A DNA stretch of 64,000 nucleotides from a virus. The notes beneath the pieces were generated by a model that saw nothing but the letters and a program-made list of their open reading frames with translations, had not been told where the DNA came from and ran no database searches. Shown in pieces: positions 48,699 to 59,425 of the stretch. Location: the IMG/VR virus record IMGVR_UViG_3300049491_000083, positions 1 through 64,000 of that record. One strand, written 5' to 3'. Both the position numbers and the translations under genes were made by a program. Positions within the stretch are counted from its first letter, which is position 1, and each line of letters opens with the position of its first letter.

Positions 48699-50477
48699 TT
48701 AGATGAGTTGGAAGCCCTTGAGGTAGTTGGCAATGTCATCGGGCATCTCAATTACCTTGGCCTCTTGCTCGTCCAGTCGCTCCTGCCTTGCCATAGTGGA
48801 TGGGGTATGAATCTCAACCTCACCGAACTGGTCACTCTTGCCCAGCCGAATGGCATTGGTCACCGATCCGGCGAGGGCATCGGACAAGTCCTTTGATTTC
48901 TTGCGAGGGTGGTCAATCTTGCCATTAGGCAGGATGCGCAACTCAAGCAATTCATCAAGCAGAATATCATTATGGGGACCAGCCAGTCGCTCGTCGTAGA
49001 ACAGCATAGCCAGATCCTCGTAGTGCTTCTTCGCTACGGATACAGTCTCAGTCTTGATACCGATGGACTGCAACTCCCGCTGGATATCGAATGAGTTCCA
49101 ACGGTCAAAGGATACGAGTCCTAGGTTGAATCCCATACGCCTGAGGTTGACGATGAAGTCACGCACGTCTGAAATGTCTACCGGGCCTTCCTTGTGTGGC
49201 TCCCACCATGCAATGGCATCGACAACGACGAACGGGACTACCTGCTGGTAGTCATTGAACATCTGCATCTTGACCCACTTGTCCACATGGCTGATAGCCA
49301 CGGCACACTTGTCATGCTGCTGGGCGAGGTCGGCGTGGACGTAGTAAGTAGTTTCTGGATTCGGTCTAAAGTTAGGGTCAAAGACGCGCTTGCTGTCCAC
49401 GGGGTTGTGCAACTTGAGGCAGGTTTCGATCTTCTCCCGTGACTTGAAGAATGTATCTGTTCCCTTACCCGGCATACAGGCAAAGCGCATAAGGCTGTCC
49501 TGAGGATCACGGAAGAATGCACCAGCGAACTCATCAATGTGCCGGGTAGGATTGACCTCCCATGTTGGCCTGCATAGAGCAAACACCCTAGGTATCTCAT
49601 ACCTAATGATATGATCTTCCTCCCATTCAATGTCGAATGAATTACCCGGTGCCTCTGGTGGAAGGCTGGGGTCAAGGACGAAGGTGTGCGACCGAATAAT
49701 AACATCCTTCTCCGCTACCACTGAGTCATAGATCTGAGAGATGTAGTCCTTGTCATACCGGGGGAAGGAGAGCAGAACAACCTTGCCATAGTCGGGGAAG
49801 CGGGAGTCCACAGAGCCTCGGAAGGCCTTGTAGATGTTGTCAGAAGTCTTAGCCTGATCGTTGCTGCTGGCAGCACTGGTCATGGCGAAGCCAGAAATCT
49901 CGTCAAGAATGGCAATGAGCAGGTTGAGTCCCTCGTGAGACTCACGCTCGGAGTGACCGGAGTACACCGTGACCGACTTGTCGAACTTGACATTGTTCAC
50001 CTTGTCGTCGTACTTGCCGACGAACCATGGACTGTTGCGAATTTTCTTGACGAAGTTATCGAAGAACACGTTCTTGGCCTGCTCGGCATTGACGGCGATA
50101 TTGATGATATCGATTGCGTCACCCGGAGGCTTGCCGAAGTACATGGCTGGGTCCCTGAGGCACAGTAACTTGTAGACGACGTAGGCTACGCCGATGGTAC
50201 TAGTGTGGTCCTTGCCTGATCCCTTGCCCAGTTTAAGGATGACCTCTGTCTTGGTGTACTTCTCGAAATGGTCACGACCTTCGTCACCCCAAATACGAAT
50301 AAGGTCAGCCTCACGGTAGATCTGGCTCATGCACTCGGCAAGAATGTATTGATACTCAGACAGTGGTGGCTGATTAAGGTAGTCCGGGGATGTGACAAAT
50401 GTCCGTATGTCTACCGGGATTTCTTCGAACGGGCTATCGTCCAGTGCTTCGAATAGATCGTTAAGATCAACTGTCAA
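48699..50477 (-). CDS. terL: Terminase large subunit
   Basis: Walker A GKGSGKD, Walker B ILDE, nuclease HADLA...D and KIDHP...KDLSDA. Confidence 0.92.
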   Translation of the reverse strand: MTVDLNDLFEALDDSPFEEIPVDIRTFVTSPDYLNQPPLSEYQYILAECMSQIYREADLIRIWGDEGRDHFEKYTKTEVILKLGKGSGKDHTSTIGVAYVVYKLLCLRDPAMYFGKPPGDAIDIINIAVNAEQAKNVFFDNFVKKIRNSPWFVGKYDDKVNNVKFDKSVTVYSGHSERESHEGLNLLIAILDEISGFAMTSAASSNDQAKTSDNIYKAFRGSVDSRFPDYGKVVLLSFPRYDKDYISQIYDSVVAEKDVIIRSHTFVLDPSLPPEAPGNSFDIEWEEDHIIRYEIPRVFALCRPTWEVNPTRHIDEFAGAFFRDPQDSLMRFACMPGKGTDTFFKSREKIETCLKLHNPVDSKRVFDPNFRPNPETTYYVHADLAQQHDKCAVAISHVDKWVKMQMFNDYQQVVPFVVVDAIAWWEPHKEGPVDISDVRDFIVNLRRMGFNLGLVSFDRWNSFDIQRELQSIGIKTETVSVAKKHYEDLAMLFYDERLAGPHNDILLDELLELRILPNGKIDHPRKKSKDLSDALAGSVTNAIRLGKSDQFGEVEIHTPSTMARQERLDEQEAKVIEMPDDIANYLKGFQLI

Positions 50478-50994
50478 TTACGATCACTCCCGAAGATACT
50501 TCAGATAGTCTAGAAAGTATTTCAGTTCGGATTTGAGGATGCTTAGTCGCAATCTCTTTAAGAATATTGATAATGATTTCATGCTTACGCTCCATGTTTG
50601 CAAGTTCTTCTGCAATTTCTTTGTTATCCAGCAAGCCTGCACGGTGGAGTTGGTCTAGTCGCTTTGCTTCAATGTCAGCGATCAACTTAATAGCGGCCAA
50701 CTTGTTCTTGAGGTCGCTGTTAAGATCGGCTTCCTCAACGACTTCGTATGTACGATTGATCAGTTTGGAGTAATGAACGTCTGCTCCTGCTAGGGCTTCG
50801 CGTGCCCGTGCATGGATAGCCTCATTGCTACCGATCATTTCCCGCCAGTCGCTCAGCAAGGACACGACGCGGGTACGGGGAATGGAAAGTTCAGTAGCAA
50901 TCTCTGACGGACCAAGCCCCTCTAGGTACTTGGTTGCTACAGCATTGACTTGATCAAGATGCTTTACTAGTTGCTCTTCGGGCAGTTGTGCCAT
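50467..50994 (-). CDS. Putative terminase small subunit
   Basis: N-terminal HTH plus helical body, directly upstream of terL. Confidence 0.6.
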   Translation of the reverse strand: MAQLPEEQLVKHLDQVNAVATKYLEGLGPSEIATELSIPRTRVVSLLSDWREMIGSNEAIHARAREALAGADVHYSKLINRTYEVVEEADLNSDLKNKLAAIKLIADIEAKRLDQLHRAGLLDNKEIAEELANMERKHEIIINILKEIATKHPQIRTEILSRLSEVSSGVIVIDS

Positions 50995-51274
50995 TCCGCT
51001 TCTTCCTCACTGGTATATGCTTGACTCGCTCGGGGTAGAAGGATCGCCATGCACACGCAATGTAGACCCCTCCTGTACCCTTCTGCATTTCAAAGCAGTC
51101 TATCCATTGTACCCCATTTGCCGGGTTGGTGACGTGATTCAGGAACCTGAACCGCCTACCATGCTCTCCCGTGATCTTGATAACCTCGCCCTGCACGATG
51201 GTAATACCGGGGGATAGGACGAAGTGATCCTTCCGAAGGAAGGGGTCCTGAGACTTGATCTTTCGTCTGCGCAT
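50954..51274 (-). CDS. Hypothetical protein
   Basis: Coupled, basic ORF. Confidence 0.55.
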   Translation of the reverse strand: MRRRKIKSQDPFLRKDHFVLSPGITIVQGEVIKITGEHGRRFRFLNHVTNPANGVQWIDCFEMQKGTGGVYIACAWRSFYPERVKHIPVRKKRNGTTARRATSKAS

Positions 51275-51507
51275 CAGAATGGGGGCAACAGTTGTGGCTT
51301 GTCGAATGCTTCGATGCGAGCAATCTCACGGTTGACATACCATGCCGCTTTCTTAAGATCCTCAATCTGCTTCCCCTTGAGGTCGGCACGCATGATGTAC
51401 TTGATAGCATTGCCAAGGTTGAAATTCATATGCTCAGTAATCTGAATGACTTCTACCCCGCTTGGGTGGCTTGTGTAGTGCACCGGATGGTTGACTGGAT
51501 CGCTCAT
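51274..51507 (-). CDS. DUF3310-family protein
   Basis: DPVNHP.HY...GNAIKY..RA..K...EDLKKA.WY. Confidence 0.9.
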   Translation of the reverse strand: MSDPVNHPVHYTSHPSGVEVIQITEHMNFNLGNAIKYIMRADLKGKQIEDLKKAAWYVNREIARIEAFDKPQLLPPF

Positions 51508-51656
51508 CTGTTTCCTCTCAGTTTGTACTTACGTATGTATCGGTAGACTTGCTGCAATGATGTGCCGCACTCGTCGGCTATCTGCTGCGGTGACTTGCGA
51601 TCCTCATGGAGTCGCTTGCGCAGCCAATGCTCATTCTGGTAGAGGGTGCTAGCCAT
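51504..51656 (-). CDS. Small HTH protein
   Basis: LYQNEHWL...SPQQIADECGTSLQQVYRY. Confidence 0.65.
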   Translation of the reverse strand: MASTLYQNEHWLRKRLHEDRKSPQQIADECGTSLQQVYRYIRKYKLRGNR

Positions 51657-52230
51657 TGAAGATCAACTTCTGATTCTCGGCTGCATACCACCCAATGCCA
51701 ATGGCATCCGTAATATCGTTGTCCGTAAGGCTAAGTAAATACTTATTGTTAACGGAGTCGATAGTCATTTTTTTTCTTGTCTCTCGCTGCTTGGCCTTGT
51801 ACCATGATCGTGTGTGACCGGGGTACTCTGCAACTATAGCAGCCTTCTGCTTCGGTGTCAATAGTCCAGTGCCGATGTAGGTCTGCCACTGGATAGGTGC
51901 TACCGCCTTAATGATCGGAATGCCAGAAACCTGTGCCGCAGAGATGATTGCGCCTTGCACAAGTGACAATTGCATGGCTGTCTTTGGGCTATTACTGTAT
52001 ATCGTTCCTTCAATGACGATTGCGTCAGCCACAACTTCCCTAAAGAAAGGGAGGGACTTTTTGCAGGCATCCCCGGCCTTGTAGAATGCATCTGTACCGG
52101 TGAAGTTGATCTTTCCATATCTAACCAGCCTTTCATCATCGAACACGGAGAACGCAAGGGAATTGGTGGAGGCATCAATACCGATGAATGACTTCGGCCT
52201 GCCAATGTCTGACAGTTTACTCAACATCAA
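51649..52230 (-). CDS. ruvC: RuvC-like Holliday junction resolvase
   Basis: GIDAS, IVIE, W...G, D..DAIGIG. Confidence 0.8.
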   Translation of the reverse strand: MMLSKLSDIGRPKSFIGIDASTNSLAFSVFDDERLVRYGKINFTGTDAFYKAGDACKKSLPFFREVVADAIVIEGTIYSNSPKTAMQLSLVQGAIISAAQVSGIPIIKAVAPIQWQTYIGTGLLTPKQKAAIVAEYPGHTRSWYKAKQRETRKKMTIDSVNNKYLLSLTDNDITDAIGIGWYAAENQKLIFNG

Positions 52231-52504
52231 AGTAGTCTTTCAAGTCCTTCATGAATGACTTCATCTTTTTCTTATGGATGATACAGTTGTCACACTTCCC
52301 GGTATCGTTGTAGATACTCAGGGCGGTGCCGCAGCCTCCTGCGCATAGCCTTACCTTGCCCACTCTTTTCTTGCGCTTCTCCAGATGGTATCGCTCAAGA
52401 ATCTTACCCTTGCTTGCTAGTTGACGGCACTCTGCACCACAGTAGATCTGCTTGGACGACTTGCGTTCAAACTCATCATCACACCAGACGCAGAATGCCT
52501 TCAC
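52217..52504 (-). CDS. Zinc-finger protein
   Basis: CVWC...YCGAEC...CAGGC...CDNC. Confidence 0.7.
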   Translation of the reverse strand: MKAFCVWCDDEFERKSSKQIYCGAECRQLASKGKILERYHLEKRKKRVGKVRLCAGGCGTALSIYNDTGKCDNCIIHKKKMKSFMKDLKDYFDVE

Positions 52505-53335
52505 CTAGAACTCTCCCTTTTCTTCCTTGCGCCGTTCGATCTTGACGACACCTTCCGGTGCAGCCTGACACGCCTGTTGCAGGGGGCAGTTGTTGCAGAT
52601 CTTCACAGTGTTGCTACGGAAGGGAACCTCGGGGATCGTCTTGTCCTCCCAAGCCTTCCATACCCGGCGCATCCAGTCGAACAAGTAGTTGGTAAAGTCT
52701 ACGTGCTTCTGATTGATGTTGACCGGGATTGCAAGCAACTCATGAGTATTCTTATTCTCATAGAGAAGGATACCATTCTTTTTCTTGTAGATCTTCATGT
52801 AGATCAGGAGTTGTAGAATCTGGTAGTTGCTTGCCGTCATGGTCCGCTTGTGCCTGTTGAATGCATCATCATTGCACGTCTTGATTTCTACAATGTACTC
52901 CTGACCCTTCCAGTTGATGAAACTATCGACATAGCCAAAGATTGGGGGATCGTCAAAGCGTGTCGCTCGCTCATTATCAATGAGAACCCCTGAGTCGGCA
53001 AGAGCCTTCTGGATTCTTGCGTGCCTGTCAGAGCCAGCATCCATGTTGGTAATGGCCTTGCCGGTCTTGTACTCATAGAAGGTGTTGCCCTCAAACGCGA
53101 GGTACCAATACCGGGGGCAGATGCCATGATTCCATACCAGCGACGACGGTGCAAAGGACTTCTTCCTTGTGTCCCTTGGCAGGTTGTCTACCCGGTATCC
53201 CTCTTCAATAGCCTCTACCAGTCCAGCCAGCGGACCATCGTCTACTGGCTGTGGCGGTGGGCCTGCGTTGTCCTGCTCGTACTGGTCTACGACAGCGAAA
53301 ACGCTGCCCAATTTCTTAAGTGGGTTATCACCCAT
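52505..53335 (-). CDS. Cas4-like PD-(D/E)xK exonuclease
   Basis: CPR, G...H, G.VD...EIKT, QLLIY, CNNCP....C. Confidence 0.85.
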   Translation of the reverse strand: MGDNPLKKLGSVFAVVDQYEQDNAGPPPQPVDDGPLAGLVEAIEEGYRVDNLPRDTRKKSFAPSSLVWNHGICPRYWYLAFEGNTFYEYKTGKAITNMDAGSDRHARIQKALADSGVLIDNERATRFDDPPIFGYVDSFINWKGQEYIVEIKTCNDDAFNRHKRTMTASNYQILQLLIYMKIYKKKNGILLYENKNTHELLAIPVNINQKHVDFTNYLFDWMRRVWKAWEDKTIPEVPFRSNTVKICNNCPLQQACQAAPEGVVKIERRKEEKGEF

Positions 53336-53648
53336 AGTGACTCCTTGCCACGTATTTTAGAGCATCCGATAACTTATCCAATGCCTCTCGTGCTGAATAG
53401 TACACGTTCTTTTTGGCTGTGTTGCCTTTCTTGACGTTGGCATAGTAAGCAGCCATCATCGCGCACTTTGCACTGTATACCTGCAACTGCACAATCAACT
53501 TAGCAGCAGCGGCAGGCGGAATGTCAGGCTTTGCTATCATCTTTGCCACCATGACAAGTGCCTGAGTAAACTCTTCGTCATCCATGAACTCCGCAAGTTC
53601 GGTGAACTCGCTTACCTTGTTCAGGTAGTCGATGGTTGTCTCATCCAT
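53328..53648 (-). CDS. Hypothetical protein
   Basis: Coupled helical ORF. Confidence 0.6.
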   Translation of the reverse strand: MDETTIDYLNKVSEFTELAEFMDDEEFTQALVMVAKMIAKPDIPPAAAAKLIVQLQVYSAKCAMMAAYYANVKKGNTAKKNVYYSAREALDKLSDALKYVARSHYG

Positions 53649-53968
53649 TACTCTAACCCTTCATACATCGCACGATACTCTCGTAGTTCTTCAAACTCGT
53701 CCCAACTAATTATAGCAAGTCTTGTCTTTGCGTGCTTTCCCAGCACGATGCAGAGGACTGGTTCCTTGCTATTGTCAACCTTGATGGTATCCATACAGAT
53801 CTTGGCCCACACATCGCGGGATACAGAGAAACTGTTCTCGTATTCCTTCACGTCAACGACATAGTGATCCATGCTGCCGTCACCCTTGACCATGCCCCGA
53901 CCAGAGTTCTTGTGAGCCTTGGCACCGATGCGCTTCAGTTCATTGAGTTCAGTCTGTTTCGTTGCCAC
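53648..53968 (-). CDS. PD-(D/E)xK endonuclease (resolvase-like)
   Basis: E...NSGRG..KGD...DVKE...SFS....W.K. Confidence 0.7.
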   Translation of the reverse strand: MATKQTELNELKRIGAKAHKNSGRGMVKGDGSMDHYVVDVKEYENSFSVSRDVWAKICMDTIKVDNSKEPVLCIVLGKHAKTRLAIISWDEFEELREYRAMYEGLE

Positions 53969-54263
53969 GCCTGTCCTTCAGTTTGATGATCGACGTGAGT
54001 TCGCTATACTTGAATGCGACCATTTCCTCGTCGTACCCAACGACATTGACGGCAATGATACAGTCGTCAAAGTCAAGCGGGAACTTCTCCCAGAGCATCT
54101 TGATATGGTCGGAGAACTCCTCGAATGTATTATCGATGTACCAGTACCCGCCGTCGCGCAACTTGATGATAGTCTTGGACGGCGGCTCGTACCTGCCGAC
54201 CATGGCGACTGAATCCATTGGCTGGCAATCCTTCGGCATTTCCTTGGTCTTTCTCTTGAACAT
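53949..54263 (-). CDS. Hypothetical protein
   Basis: GAGGA RBS before ATG 54263. Confidence 0.5.
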   Translation of the reverse strand: MFKRKTKEMPKDCQPMDSVAMVGRYEPPSKTIIKLRDGGYWYIDNTFEEFSDHIKMLWEKFPLDFDDCIIAVNVVGYDEEMVAFKYSELTSIIKLKDRRGNETD

Positions 54264-54413
54264 CAGTATCCTCTTTCCTTGTTTATACTTACATGAGATA
54301 CATGACCGCATGGACACTTCCATGTAAGGTCAAGGCTTGCCGGGTAGAAGCGTGAACTCATTACATCAGAGTCACACGACTGGCAGGCGAATGTTCCCCT
54401 GATCACATCGTAC

Positions 54414-55415
54414 TTACCGGCAAAGGTCTGCAAGGCTCTTCAACTCCTCATGATTGTTGCGTAGGTACTCCACGGCCTTAGGACGGCCATTGAAGCGCTC
54501 TCCGTTTGGCATGGTGAACCATGCCCCACCCTTGGCTATTAAGCCCTTGGCGACCCCTACATCGAACACCTCGGCAGGGTAATCGATACCCACGAAGTCA
54601 CCATCGAAGTAAAAGTCATACTGTCCATTGATGAATGCAGGACCGGTCTTGTTGAAGTCGATAGTCCATGTAACCTCACGACCAATGTCCTTCTCAAGGA
54701 TCTTGTCACCGACCTCAAACTTGGCACTGATAGCCTTCTTCTCAGATTCGCTTGACCACAACTTGATGATGGTGCTGCTAAAGAACTGGACAGCCTTCCC
54801 ACCGGTAGGAATATGGCTGACGAACATGGAGCCAAGGCTGTTACGCTGCTGGCTGATGAAAATGAGCAGGGTATTCTCATTGGCATAGTTGAGCATCTTG
54901 ACAGCGTTTGTCATATCGCGTGCCTCAGCACCGATCTGCTTGGTGTTCTCCAACTGCTTAAGGTCATCGCTGTCCTTCTCAAAGTAGATAGCAGGAAGCA
55001 GGGCACTGATGGAGTCAACGACTACAATGTCTACCCCGGCCTTCATGAACTGCACACCATCATCGACCATTTCATTGATCGTCTTGGATGCTACATAGAT
55101 AAGCCTATCCGTGTCAACTCCAAGGCGTGCGGCCCACTCAGGATCAAACGATGCTTCCGCATCAATCCATGCACAGACCTTGCCGTCCTGCTGAGCCTCT
55201 GCTACCAACTGCTGACAGAAACTAGACTTGCCGCTTGACTTGTTACCCCAGATCAAGACCTGACGACCATAGCCAAGGCCACCCCTGAGTGCTGAGTTAA
55301 GCCCCACGCTGGGGACAGGTTGCTTGGTGACAACCACGTCAGAGCCATGCTGGACTCGCTTGCGCAACTTGGGATCAAGTTGGGCGAAGATCTCTTCAAT
55401 GTCTATTTCGCTCAT
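54414..55415 (-). CDS. recA: RecA-like recombinase
   Basis: GNKSSGKS, WIDAE, VVDS, Q.R...TGGKA..F. Confidence 0.93.
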   Translation of the reverse strand: MSEIDIEEIFAQLDPKLRKRVQHGSDVVVTKQPVPSVGLNSALRGGLGYGRQVLIWGNKSSGKSSFCQQLVAEAQQDGKVCAWIDAEASFDPEWAARLGVDTDRLIYVASKTINEMVDDGVQFMKAGVDIVVVDSISALLPAIYFEKDSDDLKQLENTKQIGAEARDMTNAVKMLNYANENTLLIFISQQRNSLGSMFVSHIPTGGKAVQFFSSTIIKLWSSESEKKAISAKFEVGDKILEKDIGREVTWTIDFNKTGPAFINGQYDFYFDGDFVGIDYPAEVFDVGVAKGLIAKGGAWFTMPNGERFNGRPKAVEYLRNNHEELKSLADLCR

Positions 55416-55747
55416 GCTGGCACCAACGCTCCGTCGAATGTAATACTATCGAATACCACGAATTTTCCGTTCTGAAGTTTAGCAATGTAAGTTACGAACG
55501 TTGCCTCCTGCTCGTCCTTGTAGAAGTCAAGCCTGTTATTGGCTCCACGCTCACCGAAGTCTGGATCGTATGTAAAGAGGTACATAGTTACCTCAGTCCT
55601 ATTACCCTTGACAACTTCTTCTATGTACGAGGCCTTGCACCACTTGCCAACCTCCCTGAAGTTGAAACCATTAAGGATTCTTATTTCAACAATCGGGCTG
55701 ACAAGCATGAAACTTGTAGGCTCCTTGGTGTACTTGGTCATGCTCAT
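55412..55747 (-). CDS. Hypothetical protein
   Basis: Coupled ORF. Confidence 0.5.
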   Translation of the reverse strand: MSMTKYTKEPTSFMLVSPIVEIRILNGFNFREVGKWCKASYIEEVVKGNRTEVTMYLFTYDPDFGERGANNRLDFYKDEQEATFVTYIAKLQNGKFVVFDSITFDGALVPA

Positions 55748-56079
55748 GCCAATACTCCATGCATCGGGTCGCGTGTCTTGTTGTACTCTGTCTTACGAAC
55801 GAGCATCTGGCTGATGGATTCTTTTGTGTACCCGCGTTGGCTCATACCAGCCCACAGGTCAAGCACCCGAATGATGATATCCGCGAACTCTTCCACAACC
55901 TTGTCGTCGCCATGCTCCTTGCGGATAGACTCCAAGGCTTCCGATGCCTCGCTGTGGATCATGGCAATCTGCTTGAGATAGAAGATAGTATCATTCCCAT
56001 CATAACAAGCGTCCCAAAAGCCCTTGTCTACTGCGTTGCTATGAATGGCAAACGCAAGTTCATCCAAATCTGTGTTCAC
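55744..56079 (-). CDS. MazG-like NTP pyrophosphohydrolase
   Basis: HSEASEALE.IRK...EEFADIIIR. Confidence 0.85.
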   Translation of the reverse strand: MNTDLDELAFAIHSNAVDKGFWDACYDGNDTIFYLKQIAMIHSEASEALESIRKEHGDDKVVEEFADIIIRVLDLWAGMSQRGYTKESISQMLVRKTEYNKTRDPMHGVLA

Positions 56080-59000
56080 TGTGACTCCCTTTTCAATATA
56101 GATTGCAATGCTATTGTCCCATCCTTCAGTTCATTTGTCAACAACTTGACGACCTTACCCGGCTCGCACTTCATGTAGCCCTGAGAGAACATGGACGGGA
56201 ACACGACTACTGGAATGATGTTCTTATTCCAGTCTGCGAGAACCATGTGTGCCATTTTCTTCCCGGCCTTTGTGTTGCGTGCCCGGAAGGACAGCACGAG
56301 GTACTCGTCCTTGCCGTATGGCGGTGTGTCATAGTTGAGGAAGGTCACGATGGGATGGTTCTTGTGACTCTCCAATTCCTCTACGTTTATGTAGGATGCG
56401 ATCCTGTTATTACCCGCGAGGATGATGTAGGTCTTACCCTGTTCAATCTTTGAGTCTGCCTCATCGAAGATGCCGACGACACCAGTCTTGTCCAAGAACT
56501 CAATCCTGCACCAGCCCTTGCCTCTCTTAATCTTCTTTGAGATTCCCATGAGGATATGAGCCTTGGCCTCGTCGTAGTCCTCATTCTCATCAATCTGAGA
56601 ATAGAAGTTGGCAGGCAGGGTGAAGTTGAACTCAGGAAGGTTGAGAACATCGTAGAGATTCTTGCGAACCTCCGTATCATTCCTAGGGTTATCTGGCAGT
56701 GCAAGGGCACCAATGGAATTGAGGGCTGTTACTGCTCTGCTATTGATACCGCTTTTCTTCTCCAAGGACTTTTCCTTGAAGTCTGCATACGAAGCCCACG
56801 GACGATCCTTGATGATCCGCTGAGCCACGGCAGGAGAGACATACTTCGCTGCTGACAGGCCGAACCTGATCGACTTGTCCTCAATCTCAAAGTCGATACC
56901 AGACGTATTGACGTGAGGAAGTTTCAGACTAATGCCCATGCGCTTGCACTCAATCAGATATTCTGTGCGCTTGTCCTTATCAGACTCAGACTTGAGAGTG
57001 GCGAACATGAACTCAAGCGGGTAGTAGAACTTGAGCCAAGCCGTCCAGTAACTAATGATGGAGTAGGCTACCGCGTGAGACTTGTTGAATGAATACTCAG
57101 CGTGTGCTTCGAAGTCATGCCACAGGGACTCGGCAATGAAGGGGCTGACGTATGCCGATGCGTTCTGGACGAACTTCGCCTTGAACTCATCGAACTCCAT
57201 CACGTCCTTTTTCTTACCAATGATCTTACGAACCTTGTTGGCCTCGGACATTGACATACCGCCAAGCGTGGTGCAGGCAAGCATAACCTGCTCCTGATAG
57301 AGGATCATGCCGTAGGTATCCTTGAGATGCTCAGTCATGACAGGATGGATGTAGTCAACGATAGACTTACCATGCTTGCGATTCATGTACTCTGCACCGA
57401 TGGTATTCATTGCTCCCGGTCGCACAAGGGCGTTGGAGGCTACCAGTTCATCGAAGTTGCGCACGCCCATCTTGACAATGAGCCGGGTATACGGAGTCGC
57501 CTCACACTGGAACACGCCCTTGGTATTGCCAGACGATAGCATCTGATAGATCCTAGGATCATCCAGCGACAGTTCGTGCAAGTCAATGTCAATGTCGTGG
57601 CGAGCCTTGATACTCTTTATCGTATCATCGATAACCGTCAGGGTGTTGAGGCCCAGCGCATCGATCTTGACGAAGCCAATGTCTGCTACCTCGTTCATAT
57701 CAATAGCGACTACGGGAATACGCTGCTTGACACCGTTGATTTCCTTGTCGCGTGTCTCCATTGGGGCATACTTGAAGATGGGTTCCTTGGACGTGATCAC
57801 GCCTGCTGCGTGGACACCCGTGCTACGGATGCGACCAAGCAACTGATTGCCGTAGAACTCAACCTCCGGGTACATATCCCTGAACCACTTGGCATTGGGG
57901 AACTTGCAGTAGTCGCTCCACGTATCAATCTGCTTAGATACCCGGTTGGCATCTGCCAGAGGAATGTTCAGGACGCGAGAGATATCCTTGACGATACCCT
58001 TGCCATTGAACTTGGTGAACGTGGCAATGCTGCTGACGTTCTTGTACTCATCTTCAAGATCCTGCTTGACCTCTTCACGACGATTATCCTGAAAGTCAGT
58101 GTCAATGTCGGGGAAGTCGTCACGCTCAATGTCAATGAAGCGGAAGAACAGCAGACCGTACTTGATAGGATCAACGTCTGTGATGCCCAAGGCATAGCAG
58201 ATGAGCGACCCTGCCGACGAGCCACGACCGGGACCAACACGAATACCCTTAGCCTTGGCCTTGGAGATAGTGTTGTACATGATGAGAAAGTATGCTGCGA
58301 AGTTCTTAACCTTAACAATGTCAAGTTCCTCCATGAGCCTGTCTACATACTCAGGATTATCGAAGAGGCCACGGGCCTTAAGCCCATCGATAGCCAGACG
58401 GCGAAGAGTGTCCTGAGGGTGCTTGGCCTTGGAGGGCAGGAGGTTAAGGTTTGACTTAAGATTGTAGTCCTCTACCTTGTCGGCAATCTCCAGAGTGTTT
58501 GTATAGATAGAGTCATCGAAGTTGCCGTGCGTGTTCATGGCGGTAGACATTTCATCATAGTCCAGCATATGAATGTCCAACTTGGTAAAGGACAACTTAC
58601 GATCCGGGTACAGATAGTCCAGTCTCTCAAGCATGTTCTTGTATGACTTTGACTTCTCGTAGGTCGCATCCTTGTTCTTCTCAGGATGAGTATTCAGCAG
58701 GAGCATGAACTCCTGCATCTCCTTCTGTTCCTTTACACAGTGATGACAGTCAGGAGTAACAATGCACTTGAGACTCATGGCATTGGCAATGTCGTAGAGT
58801 TCCTGATTCATACCCGGCGTGTTGTGGGGCATCAGTTCGACATAGAAGTCATCGCCAAAGCGGTCGCTGAACCACGCCAGATGATTCTTGGCCTGAGCGT
58901 ACTCGCCCTGCTCAATAGCCTGATTGATCAGTCCACCCATGCAGGCGGTACTCACAATGAGGTCATCGCCGTACTTGTCCAGAATGTCGAAGTCCATGCG

Positions 59001-59366
59001 AGGCTTGTTGTAGAAGCCCTCTGTCCATGCAACCTCGTTCAACTTGTTAAGGTTCTCTAGCCCCTTCGCATTCTTGGCGAGGACGATAAGGTGATTGAAG
59101 ATAACGTCCAGAGGATCTGTCCGCAGTTTCTTCTCACGCTTGTCAAATCTATCCTTGGCTAGGTATGCCTCTATGCCAAGGATGGGCTTGATGCCTTGTT
59201 CCTTGGCTGCTCTGTACATGGGACGATGACCGGATAGGCCACCGTGATCGGTGACGGCGATTGCAGGCATCTCAAGAGCCTTAGCCCGAAATGCATACTC
59301 TTCTGGAGTGGCAACGCCGTCCATGAGACTGAAATGGGTATGGACGTGAAGGGGTACGTAATTCAT
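56076..59366 (-). CDS. dnaE: DNA polymerase III alpha subunit
   Basis: PHP HVHTHFS/TDHG, GRGSSAGS, PDIDTD, HAAG, KID.LGL, YSFNKSH. Confidence 0.97.
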   Translation of the reverse strand: MNYVPLHVHTHFSLMDGVATPEEYAFRAKALEMPAIAVTDHGGLSGHRPMYRAAKEQGIKPILGIEAYLAKDRFDKREKKLRTDPLDVIFNHLIVLAKNAKGLENLNKLNEVAWTEGFYNKPRMDFDILDKYGDDLIVSTACMGGLINQAIEQGEYAQAKNHLAWFSDRFGDDFYVELMPHNTPGMNQELYDIANAMSLKCIVTPDCHHCVKEQKEMQEFMLLLNTHPEKNKDATYEKSKSYKNMLERLDYLYPDRKLSFTKLDIHMLDYDEMSTAMNTHGNFDDSIYTNTLEIADKVEDYNLKSNLNLLPSKAKHPQDTLRRLAIDGLKARGLFDNPEYVDRLMEELDIVKVKNFAAYFLIMYNTISKAKAKGIRVGPGRGSSAGSLICYALGITDVDPIKYGLLFFRFIDIERDDFPDIDTDFQDNRREEVKQDLEDEYKNVSSIATFTKFNGKGIVKDISRVLNIPLADANRVSKQIDTWSDYCKFPNAKWFRDMYPEVEFYGNQLLGRIRSTGVHAAGVITSKEPIFKYAPMETRDKEINGVKQRIPVVAIDMNEVADIGFVKIDALGLNTLTVIDDTIKSIKARHDIDIDLHELSLDDPRIYQMLSSGNTKGVFQCEATPYTRLIVKMGVRNFDELVASNALVRPGAMNTIGAEYMNRKHGKSIVDYIHPVMTEHLKDTYGMILYQEQVMLACTTLGGMSMSEANKVRKIIGKKKDVMEFDEFKAKFVQNASAYVSPFIAESLWHDFEAHAEYSFNKSHAVAYSIISYWTAWLKFYYPLEFMFATLKSESDKDKRTEYLIECKRMGISLKLPHVNTSGIDFEIEDKSIRFGLSAAKYVSPAVAQRIIKDRPWASYADFKEKSLEKKSGINSRAVTALNSIGALALPDNPRNDTEVRKNLYDVLNLPEFNFTLPANFYSQIDENEDYDEAKAHILMGISKKIKRGKGWCRIEFLDKTGVVGIFDEADSKIEQGKTYIILAGNNRIASYINVEELESHKNHPIVTFLNYDTPPYGKDEYLVLSFRARNTKAGKKMAHMVLADWNKNIIPVVVFPSMFSQGYMKCEPGKVVKLLTNELKDGTIALQSILKRESQ

Positions 59367-59425
59367 AATTGTCTCCTAGGTGAGGGGCAGGGCCGGATTG
59401 CGACCCCACCCCCCACGCCTAGAGT

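Noticed and set aside
57576-58454. Plus-strand 292-aa ORF
   Set aside because: Antisense shadow of dnaE.
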